From an uncultured Deferribacteres bacterium (GTDB lineage: Bacteria > Zhuqueibacterota > Zhuqueibacteria > Zhuqueibacterales > Geothermadaptataceae): a DNA stretch of 19,358 nt. Positions 8,363-16,247 of the stretch are shown here, piece after piece. The position numbers were made by a program, and so were the translations under genes. Where the stretch lies: contig CAXHAT010000153.1 in NCBI GenBank assembly GCA_964014485.1, forward strand, positions 1 to 19,358. The letters run 5' to 3'. The stretch's first letter is position 1. Every line of letters starts with the position of its first letter. Under the pieces are notes generated by a model. That model was not told the origin of the DNA. It searched no databases and worked only from the letters and a program-made list of their open reading frames with translations.

Positions 8363-9045
8363 TTTGGCGCCGCTGAAAAAACTTGAATTATCCTGTCAAC
8401 TTGTTCGTCAATGGTTAACGCCGTTGTATCGACCACATGTGCGTCGTCGGCTTTTTTTAATGGCGCATGCTCGCGGTTTGAATCTTTCCAATCGCGCGTT
8501 TCTATGGCCTTTTTAATTTCTTCAAAATCCGCTTGCCCGTTGTGCGCCTGCATTTCTTTCATGCGACGGCGGGCTCTCGCTTCAACCGAAGCGTTTAGAA
8601 AAATTTTTGTTTTGGCCTTGGGAAAAACGACCGTCCCAATATCGCGGCCTTCAACTACGAAACCGCCGCCTTGAGCAATTCTACGCTGCAATTCGACCAT
8701 TTCCGCTCGAACAGCCGCATGGCTTGAAACGAGGCTCACATTTTTTGTGACTTCGGGCGTTCTGATGGCCAAGGTAACCTCCTCTCCATCCACCCAAACC
8801 CGAGCGCCGTCATTTGTCGATTCAATCTTAAAAATTGAGTCTCGTGTAATCTGGGCCAAAGCTTCGCCGTCACTCAGGTTTGCCTGCCTTTCCATGCCGA
8901 CAAGCGTCAACGCCCGGTAGAGTGCGCCGGTGTCCAAATAAGTGAAACCGAGCTTTCGAGCGACCATTCTTGCCGTCGTACTTTTACCCGAGCCGGCAGG
9001 GCCGTCAATGGCAATAACATTTTTCAAATGCGAGAAACCATGCAT
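8359..9045 (-). CDS. cmk: Cytidylate kinase
   Basis: IAIDGPAGSGKST P-loop, YLDTGALYR, EGRDIGTVVFP, RD..D..R..APL. Confidence 0.97.
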   Translation of the reverse strand: MHGFSHLKNVIAIDGPAGSGKSTTARMVARKLGFTYLDTGALYRALTLVGMERQANLSDGEALAQITRDSIFKIESTNDGARVWVDGEEVTLAIRTPEVTKNVSLVSSHAAVRAEMVELQRRIAQGGGFVVEGRDIGTVVFPKAKTKIFLNASVEARARRRMKEMQAHNGQADFEEIKKAIETRDWKDSNREHAPLKKADDAHVVDTTALTIDEQVDRIIQVFSAAPK

Positions 9046-9098
9046 GACTAAATATCAGGCGCATGAGCAAAACGCCGGGGTCGTAAATAAAACTGCGG

Positions 9099-9127
9099 AA
9101 TATAACGATACAAATTTCGAAATGCCA
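9099..9127 (-). promoter_or_regulatory. Possible sigma70 promoter for cmk-plsC-rpsA
   Basis: Minus strand TGGCAT, 17 nt, TATATT within the 101-bp gap; pattern match only. Confidence 0.3.
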
Positions 9128-9146
9128 GTAAAGAATCGCCTTAAAA

Positions 9147-10856
9147 TCAAGCTTTCATGCGGGATCCGTGCTCTTCATTCGCCAAAATCCAGCCCGCCAC
9201 TTTGCCGATGTTTATTTCTTCATCTTCCAGCCAAAATCGGCGATTGCGGTCATACTTCGAACTGCTGTCATCTTCGGGAATGCCGCGGATTTCCTTGTAA
9301 ATCTTCTGCGCCCTGTTTTTCCAAGCTTCCATATTTTTCACGCGTAAATCCACCCAACCGTCATATGCCCATTGATCGATGTTTTCCACTGAAATTTCAA
9401 TTTCGCTCTCGCCGCGATACGCCGGAATTTTTATATCCCTCCCGCGCAGCAATCTTTCTCCGTCGGGAAGCAAAATCGGGACGCCGATTGAGATGATTTG
9501 CGCTCGCAATTGCTGGTCAGCGACAATGCGCTCTTCTAACTTTTGCGACAAATCTTCCGGCTTGGCTCTGCTCAAAGCTTGCAAAGACCCAAAGCACAAC
9601 CGAAACAAATGCCCTTCATAAAGTAATTTTGAAAGTCTGGGCGGCCCCAAAAGTTCAAAAGCGACGCTGTCCGCCTTGTGCTGCTCCATCAATTCTCGCA
9701 TTTGTTCAAGAGCTCGCTGGCGCATCAAGCCCGCCCGGTAGGTCGGCCCCATCGTCGCATTGTCCAGCGCGTTGATGACGTCGTGTCCGGTATTGCCGCC
9801 TTTAATTTCAAACAAGACGCTTTTGGCAATTTCCTCCGGCGTAATCAGCTCCATTTGCCCGGAAGATGAAATTGCTTCAAACTCCGCCTGTGAAAAAATG
9901 CCGTTTTCTCCCGTGTCAACATAGACCGATTTCAACGTTTTCCCTTCAAGCTTTTCAGCGCAGGAATCATCCTTCAATTTGATGGTATTGTTCAAAACAA
10001 CGCCAGCCTCCGGCGGGCAGTCATAAAGCTGAATCGTTTTTCCGCCGCGCCGAATATCGCCGTACTCAATTTTTTTCCATGCAATTGCAGCGGTCGGCTT
10101 AATCTCTTTCGTGATCGGCGCATCAGGGGTTCTTGCCATCAAAAACAAGAGCATCGTATGCGCTCCTGCAATTGACGACTTACTCAACAACATGCGCGAA
10201 GGCTTTTCTTCGGAATGCGTGTAGGGAATGTTCAGTCCCATGCCGCCCGTCCCGCTCGTTCCGATTTTAAAATAATAATCCGTCTTGACGCGCCGCATTG
10301 CTTCGTAGAGAATTTGAACGTGCCGAATAAGCTGTGGAACATAAAGCGTGCACAGAAGCTTTTCCACATCGTCGACAAAGTCGTTCCCAAGTTTTTTGTT
10401 TTGGCGAAATCCGGCCAAATCGCTGGTTAGCTTGAAATAACTCTTAAAAATATCCTGGTAGGCGACGGCGGTGGCCGAATTAACGCAATCAATAATGATG
10501 TGCGGCCGGAAGCGTTTAACGAGTTGAAAAAGAAAACTTCTGTTAAGGACGTCTTCGGTAAAATCGCCCAAAACGTCATCGATCAACATTTGGCGCGCTT
10601 CCGAGCTGTGCAGGATTTGTTCGCGCCCAACGCCTTGCAGCGCGTCACGGAGAAAAATATCGCCGCCGACCGGCGTCAGGATTGTTTTAAACGATTGCTC
10701 GCTCGACAGGACGTCGCAAGCTTCGGCCGCTTCACCTTCCTTTAGAGAAGCAACGATGATTTCATCGGGCGACTCGGGCAGTAGTTCGCGGCAAATCGCC
10801 ATTCCCACCAGCCCTGCTCCGCCAAGTACGAGCGCACGCCTATTTGTTATCTGCAT
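9147..10856 (-). CDS. Uncharacterised NAD(P)-binding Rossmann-fold protein, atypical short-chain dehydrogenase/KR-like (569 aa)
   Basis: ALVLGGAGLVG glycine motif directly after ATG 10856 (MQITNRR), then DCVNSA and GTSGTGG. The start overlaps the rluB end by 17 nt; the 34 extra upstream codons lie inside rluB. Confidence 0.7.
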   Translation of the reverse strand: MQITNRRALVLGGAGLVGMAICRELLPESPDEIIVASLKEGEAAEACDVLSSEQSFKTILTPVGGDIFLRDALQGVGREQILHSSEARQMLIDDVLGDFTEDVLNRSFLFQLVKRFRPHIIIDCVNSATAVAYQDIFKSYFKLTSDLAGFRQNKKLGNDFVDDVEKLLCTLYVPQLIRHVQILYEAMRRVKTDYYFKIGTSGTGGMGLNIPYTHSEEKPSRMLLSKSSIAGAHTMLLFLMARTPDAPITKEIKPTAAIAWKKIEYGDIRRGGKTIQLYDCPPEAGVVLNNTIKLKDDSCAEKLEGKTLKSVYVDTGENGIFSQAEFEAISSSGQMELITPEEIAKSVLFEIKGGNTGHDVINALDNATMGPTYRAGLMRQRALEQMRELMEQHKADSVAFELLGPPRLSKLLYEGHLFRLCFGSLQALSRAKPEDLSQKLEERIVADQQLRAQIISIGVPILLPDGERLLRGRDIKIPAYRGESEIEISVENIDQWAYDGWVDLRVKNMEAWKNRAQKIYKEIRGIPEDDSSSKYDRNRRFWLEDEEINIGKVAGWILANEEHGSRMKA

Positions 10857-11580
10857 CTGCCAGTCCTGTTTGCATTTTAAGTAAAGAAATTTCCTTTTCG
10901 GTGAGATAGCGCCATGCGCCGGAAGCCAATTTCCCCAAGTGCAGCTTGCCCATTTCAATTCGCTGCAAAGCTGTTACGCGGTAATTGAATTTTGAAAACA
11001 TTCGGCGAATCTGCCGGTTCTTCCCTTGTGAAATATACACTTGACAAAATTTGCGGTTGTTGCGCTGCGGAAAAACAAGTTTGGCCGTGACTCTAACGTT
11101 TCGCTCAATGAAAACGCCGTCTCGAAACTTCTCTACCAGCGCCGGGTCAATCGCACGGTTTAATAAAACGGCGTAACGTTTTTCCACTTTATAGCGCGGG
11201 TGAAGAAGGCGATTCGCAAGCTCCCCGTCGTTCGTGAATAACAATAAACCTTCAGAATCGCGATCAAGGCGACCAACGGGAAAAACGCGGGTGGGCGTTT
11301 GCACCAGCTTAAAAACGGTGGTTCTTCCTTTTTCGTCATTGGCCGTGGTGATGTATCCCCGCGGTTTGTTGAGCATAATGTACGTCGGAGGGGCGTCTTG
11401 AAAAACCGGATTGCCTTGATAGACGACATTATCGATTGTTGGAAGAATATTGTGAGCAGGCGTTAAAATGCGCTCCCCATTGACGCGTATTTTGCCCGCC
11501 TTAATCAGCCGCTCCGTTTGCCGCCGCGAGCCAAGCCCAGCATTGACAAGAAACCTGTCTAGCTTAATCGGCTTGTTCAA
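10840..11580 (-). CDS. rluB: 23S rRNA pseudouridine synthase, RluB/RsuA family with N-terminal S4 domain
   Basis: KLDRFL..AGLGSRR S4 domain, LNKPRG, GRLDRDSEGLLLFTNDG (catalytic Asp) and GKNRQIRRMF. Likely TTG start at 11580 with GAGG upstream; follows scpAB. Confidence 0.88.
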   Translation of the reverse strand: MNKPIKLDRFLVNAGLGSRRQTERLIKAGKIRVNGERILTPAHNILPTIDNVVYQGNPVFQDAPPTYIMLNKPRGYITTANDEKGRTTVFKLVQTPTRVFPVGRLDRDSEGLLLFTNDGELANRLLHPRYKVEKRYAVLLNRAIDPALVEKFRDGVFIERNVRVTAKLVFPQRNNRKFCQVYISQGKNRQIRRMFSKFNYRVTALQRIEMGKLHLGKLASGAWRYLTEKEISLLKMQTGLADADNK

Positions 11581-12217
11581 CTTCAGCCTCGGGTTTGCTT
11601 TCTTCGGTTGGGTTTTCTTCGGCAGCGTTCTCGTCTTCATCTAAAGAACTAAGAACGTTGACGATTTCCTCGGCGTACTTGCCGTCGCCGAAAAGTTCTT
11701 CAATTTCGCGTGGTTTGGGCAGGTCACTCACATTGTTGATACCAAAGTATTGTAAAAATTCGGGCGTTGTACCATAAAGAAGAGGCCTGCCGACGCCCTC
11801 TCCCCTGCCAATAATTGCGATAAGTCGTTTTTCAAGCAGGCTCTTAACAACGCCGTCTGAATTGACGCCTCGAACATCGTTAATTTCCGCTTTGCTTAAC
11901 GGCTGCTTGAAAGCAACCATGGCCAACGTTTCAAGCGCGGCCTGAGACAATCGTTTTGAAGATCTGCCCGAATAATGCTTTTTAATCCACGGCGCAAATT
12001 CCGGCTGTGTGGTCAATTGAAAGCCGCCGCCAACGCGGTCGATCTTGAAAGCGCGGCCCGTATCAATGTAGTCGGCGTTTAGCGCTTCAATAATTTCATC
12101 GATTTTTACTCCGCCGGTATCTTCCACGAGGCGCACCAGCGTCGCGGGTTTAACCGGCTCGTCAGAAGCAAAAATGATCGCTTCAACGACAGATTTCAAG
12201 CGGCCGTTCTCCATCAT
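11564..12217 (-). CDS. scpB: SMC-Scp complex subunit ScpB
   Basis: EAIIFAS, LSQAALETLA..AFKQP, RGV, GRPLLYGTT.EFL.YFG..DLP; acidic C-terminal tail. Confidence 0.95.
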   Translation of the reverse strand: MMENGRLKSVVEAIIFASDEPVKPATLVRLVEDTGGVKIDEIIEALNADYIDTGRAFKIDRVGGGFQLTTQPEFAPWIKKHYSGRSSKRLSQAALETLAMVAFKQPLSKAEINDVRGVNSDGVVKSLLEKRLIAIIGRGEGVGRPLLYGTTPEFLQYFGINNVSDLPKPREIEELFGDGKYAEEIVNVLSSLDEDENAAEENPTEESKPEAEVEQAD

Positions 12218-12936
12218 CGTTTCCTCAGCCAGATTTCGCCAAACGTCGACGATTGCGTCACTTCGACGGCAAGGTTTTTAATCAACTCGAGCAATGCCAG
12301 AAACGTCACGATCATAATAACGCGGTTTTCCAGACCTTCCAATAATTCGTAAAAAAGGATTTCTCCGTCACGTTCTTCAAGCTTTTTTAGTATAAATTCT
12401 GATTGTTCCTCAGCCGTGACCGGGAAAGTTTGAACCTGGTGCTCGGTAACTTTTGGCGCGCGTTGCAGGAAGCTTTTGAACGCGCCAACTAAGTCGAACA
12501 ACGTAAATGAGATTTCCGGCTCCCAGACGACGTCAGATTCTTCGCCCAGATCGAAATTAAACCAGGTGCGTGAATAAACCAGCCTGCGTTCTTCTTCGCG
12601 CTCGCTTAATTTGCCCGCGACTTCTTTGAACCGCTGATATTCCATCAGCTTGCGCACCAACTCATCGCGCGGATCTTCATCCTCATCTTCGTCCAATTCA
12701 ATCGGCGGCTTGGGCAACAACATTTTGGCCTTGATGCGAATAAGCGTCGCGGCCATCAGAATATAGTCGCTGGCGCCTTCAAGATCGAGCATTCTGAGCA
12801 CTTCAATATAATCAAGATACTGCTGCGTCAGATTGGCTATGGGTATGTCAAACAAGTCAATTTCGTTTTTTTTGATTAGAAAAAGGAGAAGATCGAGGGG
12901 GCCGTCAAACTTGTCCAGTTGTACGCGGTAGGGCAT
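12214..12936 (-). CDS. scpA: Segregation/condensation protein A (kleisin)
   Basis: FDGPLDLLLFLI, MAATLIRIKAKMLLP, DPRDELV, FLALLELIK, Q...FGEI. Confidence 0.95.
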   Translation of the reverse strand: MPYRVQLDKFDGPLDLLLFLIKKNEIDLFDIPIANLTQQYLDYIEVLRMLDLEGASDYILMAATLIRIKAKMLLPKPPIELDEDEDEDPRDELVRKLMEYQRFKEVAGKLSEREEERRLVYSRTWFNFDLGEESDVVWEPEISFTLFDLVGAFKSFLQRAPKVTEHQVQTFPVTAEEQSEFILKKLEERDGEILFYELLEGLENRVIMIVTFLALLELIKNLAVEVTQSSTFGEIWLRKR

Positions 12937-12939
12937 AAA

Positions 12940-13992
12940 TTATTTTTCTCGTCTTTTCGCTCTTTTCTCGGCCTTGCGACGGATAGAATTCCAACTGGAA
13001 GCCAAGCCCATTGCTTTGCGCATTTCAAACAGAACGGATTGCACTTCCTTGCGCGTTTTTAGCGTGCCTTCGTAAATAACCTCGTCGATGTAGCCGCCGT
13101 CCTGTTCAAATTTCGCACGTCTTTCGCGCATCGGATCGAGGAAATTGTTCAACGCCAGCGATAGCTTTTGCTTAACTTCCACATCGCCGACCTTGCCCGC
13201 CCGATAGCGCGTTTTCAAATCTTCAACTTCCGTTTTGTTTGGATTGAAAGCGTCATGGTAGGTAAAAACCGGGTTACCTTCAACACGCCCCGGAACGTCG
13301 GCGCTGACACGATTGGGGTCGGTGTACATGCTCCGAACCTTTTTATTTACAGCAGCTTCATCGTCGCTCAAAAAGATCGCGTTGTTCAGGCTTTTGCTCA
13401 TTTTGTTTTGCCCGTCCGTGCCAACCAGCGAGGGCACCTCGCCCATCATCACGTCCGGGACAGGCAGCGTTTCGCCATAAAGATGGTTGAAGCGTCGAGC
13501 AATTTCACGCGCAATTTCGACGTGCGCTGAATTGTCCTTTCCAACCGGCACAAGATGCGATTTTACGCACAAGATATCCGCCGCTTGCAGTACTGGATAG
13601 CCAAGAAGCCCGTACGGCATTTCTTCCTTGCCTGCATCGCGAGCCATATCTTTTAAACTTGGAATTCGGCTCAATCGATTGACAGTCGTCAGGTTTTGGA
13701 AGAGCGTGTTCATCTCGCTGACTTCCGGAATTGCGGACTGCAAATAGAAGGTCGCAATTTCCGGTTCAATGCCGGCGGCAAGAGCGTCGAGTACGAGATC
13801 GCGCGCGTTACGTGCTGTTTGCTGGATGTGTTCGCGCGTGTTTTTTGTGGTTAGCATGTGCAGGTCGGCGATAATGAAGAAGCATTCGTACTCATGCTGA
13901 AGACGAACGCGGTTCGCCAGCGTGCCGACATAGTGGCCAAGGTGAAATTTTCCCGTAGGCCTGTCCCCGGTGAGAATTCTTTTTTTGTTCAT
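12940..13992 (-). CDS. trpS: Tryptophan--tRNA ligase
   Basis: TGDRPTG..HLGH (HIGH motif), [21 protein letters not shown]. Confidence 0.96.
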   Translation of the reverse strand: MNKKRILTGDRPTGKFHLGHYVGTLANRVRLQHEYECFFIIADLHMLTTKNTREHIQQTARNARDLVLDALAAGIEPEIATFYLQSAIPEVSEMNTLFQNLTTVNRLSRIPSLKDMARDAGKEEMPYGLLGYPVLQAADILCVKSHLVPVGKDNSAHVEIAREIARRFNHLYGETLPVPDVMMGEVPSLVGTDGQNKMSKSLNNAIFLSDDEAAVNKKVRSMYTDPNRVSADVPGRVEGNPVFTYHDAFNPNKTEVEDLKTRYRAGKVGDVEVKQKLSLALNNFLDPMRERRAKFEQDGGYIDEVIYEGTLKTRKEVQSVLFEMRKAMGLASSWNSIRRKAEKRAKRREK

Positions 13993-13997
13993 GAAAG

Positions 13998-14025
13998 ATT
14001 ATAGACTTAAACTTTTGCATGTCTT
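13998..14025 (-). promoter_or_regulatory. Putative promoter directly abutting the trpS start (leaderless candidate)
   Basis: Minus strand AAGACA, 16 nt, TATAAT, CTTTC, ATG; no SD visible. Confidence 0.4.
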
Positions 14026-14051
14026 CGTTTTTATTGACTAACGGCCCCAAA

Positions 14052-14208
14052 GAGACTGTCGGGAAGCCCCAAAATTTCATACTGCAAGCATTTTTTTGAT
14101 CTGACCCTTGATTTTTGAGCGTAATTTGTAGCGGGCGATAACAAATATTTTGCTTCGCCGGCCTTTGGCTTTTCAGAATGACAAGCCGGGGGGCTTTCGA
14201 GGGCTTTT
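14052..14208. repeat. Degenerate composite inverted repeat / MITE-like relic
   Basis: Outer arms GAGACTGTCGGGAAGCCCC ... GGGGCTTTCGAGGGCTTT; inner arms TTTCATACTG ... CAGAATGACA. Confidence 0.4.
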
Positions 14209-14219
14209 AATGAACTTCG

Positions 14220-14738
14220 TCAATCACTCAGAAAAAGATACGGTTTCCATTTATCGTTCATTCGCGTGATGTTCTTATGAATAAAAAAAAGATACGTCGG
14301 TTTCGTCGGCTCTCTGAGAAGCGGCATTCTGGCTTCATCCGGCGTTCGATTCGCCTTTTTATTATTACAATAAACGCACGCGCAAACCAGATTTTCCCAA
14401 GTGTCCATGCCGCCTCGTTTTTTTGGCATGACATGGTCGACTGTTAGCGGATGACTGCGCATGCCGCAATACTGGCATTGCAATCCGTCGCGCTTGATGA
14501 CGTTTTTTCGCGAGAGCGTCACCCTTTTGCGGCGAAATCTCGCATAATTTACCAGACGCACAATGCTTGGCACAGGGAATGACCGCGAAACGGATCGAAC
14601 GTACAAATCCGGTTCGATCTCAATAATTTCCACTTTGCCAAGATACATGAGCAGAACCGCTTTTCGCGTCGGAATCACATTCATCGGTTCATAGCTCTGA
14701 TTCAAAATCAGCACTTGTCGATTCAATAGAGGTCTCAT
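14220..14738 (-). CDS. HNH endonuclease (McrA-like, Zn-binding)
   Basis: VLILNQSYEP N-terminal motif, RDGLQCQYCG, TVDHVMPKKRGG, WENLVCACVYCNNKKAN. Start is ATG 14738 or TTG 14750. Confidence 0.9.
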   Translation of the reverse strand: MRPLLNRQVLILNQSYEPMNVIPTRKAVLLMYLGKVEIIEIEPDLYVRSVSRSFPVPSIVRLVNYARFRRKRVTLSRKNVIKRDGLQCQYCGMRSHPLTVDHVMPKKRGGMDTWENLVCACVYCNNKKANRTPDEARMPLLREPTKPTYLFFIHKNITRMNDKWKPYLFLSD

Positions 14739-14770
14739 GGCGACCGCCAATAAGTCTAATGAAGCATTGA

Positions 14771-14812
14771 AAATTTATCGATAAATTTATAACGCGTCTA
14801 GAAAAGAATCAA
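14771..14812 (-). promoter_or_regulatory. Putative sigma70 promoter of the HNH gene overlapped by a perfect 18-bp palindrome
   Basis: -35 TTGATT (14812-14807), 17 nt, -10 TAAATT (14789-14784); palindrome AAATTTATCGATAAATTT at 14771-14788. Confidence 0.45.
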
Positions 14813-14856
14813 GCACCATTTCCGATACTGCCCAAAGTCGCTCTCACTTTCCAAAT

Positions 14857-15261
14857 CTATTCAAAATAAGGCGCCATCACAGATTTAAACATCGCCGGAA
14901 TCCGAATGGGCTTGCCTTCAGCGTTGATAAAAGGATGCACCGTATAGCCGGTCGTGATCATCGCATTTTCTTCGTTGAACAAGCGATAATCAACTCGAAT
15001 TTTCACTTTCGGCATGACCTCGACGCGACTCTCAACAACAACCATATCATCATAACTCGCCGAATGCATGTACTTGGCATGCGCTTCGATAACCGGCAAC
15101 CCGACGCCTTCCGCTTCCAAACGCGTGTAAGGAAATCCCAGCTCGCGCATCATTTCCGAGCGTCCGACTTCGAACCACTCGAGATATCGAGCATAATAAA
15201 CCACGCCCATTTGGTCTGTGTCTGCATATCGCGCGCGGATGGTCGTCGTTGTCTTAATCAT
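14857..15261 (-). CDS. Acyl-CoA thioesterase, YbgC/FadM (4HBT hot-dog) family
   Basis: [23 protein letters not shown] and Y..SA.YDD. ATG 15261 overlaps the accA end by 8 nt. Confidence 0.9.
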   Translation of the reverse strand: MIKTTTTIRARYADTDQMGVVYYARYLEWFEVGRSEMMRELGFPYTRLEAEGVGLPVIEAHAKYMHSASYDDMVVVESRVEVMPKVKIRVDYRLFNEENAMITTGYTVHPFINAEGKPIRIPAMFKSVMAPYFE

Positions 15262-16237
15262 CACTCGCGCTGTAAGGATGGCTTTCGTAAAATCCCATAT
15301 TGCCGTATTTCTCGATACGCTGATCAACGAGCGTCTCAGGATCGAGTTGTTTGAGTTCTTGCAACGCTTCAAGAATGTGCTTTTTCACAATTTCAGCACT
15401 GGCGTCATGGTCCCGATGGGCGCCGCCGAAAGGCTCTTCGATAATTGTATCGATCACGCCGTGTTCTTTTAAGTCCGCCGCCGTTAGCTTCAACGCTTCA
15501 GCCACGGCAGGCGCTTTTGTTACATCTTCCTTGTAGAGAATTCCGGCGCAGCCTTCGGGAGAAATAACCGAATACCAGGCGTTTTCCATCATCAAAATCC
15601 GGTCGCCGACGCCAACGCCCAGCGCGCCGCCGGAAGCGCCTTCACCGATAACAACAACCACGATCGGCACGCGCAGTTTCGCCATTTCAAACAAATTTCT
15701 GGCAATCGCTTCGCCTTGACCGCGCTCCTCAGCGCCAGTCCCAGGGTAGGCTCCTGGCGTGTCAATCAGGCTAATAATCGGGCGGTTGAATTTTGCCGCC
15801 ATTTTCATCACGCGCATCGCCTTGCGATAACCTTCGGGATGCGCCATGCCGAAATTTCGGTAGATCTTTTGCTTGGTGTCACGCCCTTTTTGGTGGCCGA
15901 GAATAATGACCGCTTCATCATTAATTTTACCAAGTCCCGCCACAATCGCCGGATCATCGGCGTAGGCGCGGTCGCCGTGCAGTTCAACAAAGTCCGTCAC
16001 CATACGCTGAATGTAATCGCGCGTGTATGGCCGCTGGCCATGTCTGGCGAGCTGAACTCGCTGATGCGGCGTGAGTTTGGCGTATATTTCCGCTTGCAGT
16101 TTTTTTGCTTTTTCTTTCAGCTTTTCAATTTCTTCATGCATTTCAACGCCTTCGGTCGAGGCGTATTCCTGCATCTCCTTGATCTGGCTCTCCAGCTTCA
16201 GAATAGGTTTTTCAAAATCTAACACAAATCCTTGCAT
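15254..16237 (-). CDS. accA: Acetyl-CoA carboxylase carboxyltransferase alpha subunit
   Basis: [60 protein letters not shown]. Confidence 0.98.
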   Translation of the reverse strand: MQGFVLDFEKPILKLESQIKEMQEYASTEGVEMHEEIEKLKEKAKKLQAEIYAKLTPHQRVQLARHGQRPYTRDYIQRMVTDFVELHGDRAYADDPAIVAGLGKINDEAVIILGHQKGRDTKQKIYRNFGMAHPEGYRKAMRVMKMAAKFNRPIISLIDTPGAYPGTGAEERGQGEAIARNLFEMAKLRVPIVVVVIGEGASGGALGVGVGDRILMMENAWYSVISPEGCAGILYKEDVTKAPAVAEALKLTAADLKEHGVIDTIIEEPFGGAHRDHDASAEIVKKHILEALQELKQLDPETLVDQRIEKYGNMGFYESHPYSASDD

Positions 16238-16247
16238 TCTATGGCCT

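Noticed and set aside
8942..9496. 184-aa plus-strand ORF spanning the cmk / SDR junction
   Set aside because: It is antisense to two well-supported genes and has no motifs.
10857..10958. Longer start for the SDR-like ORF (and similar extensions of rluB to 11640 and the thioesterase to 15372)
   Set aside because: The extensions lie inside the upstream genes; the downstream starts give normal short overlaps.
13892..14219. T-box riboswitch or Trp attenuator peptide upstream of trpS
   Set aside because: No T-box GGTGG..ACC motif or terminator. The MKFWG ORF has no tandem Trp codons and runs out of frame into trpS.
14220..14738. HNH gene as a sign of CRISPR, restriction-modification or a homing element
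   Set aside because: No array, cas gene, methyltransferase or intron context; it matches the common stand-alone LNxxYEP-HNH family.
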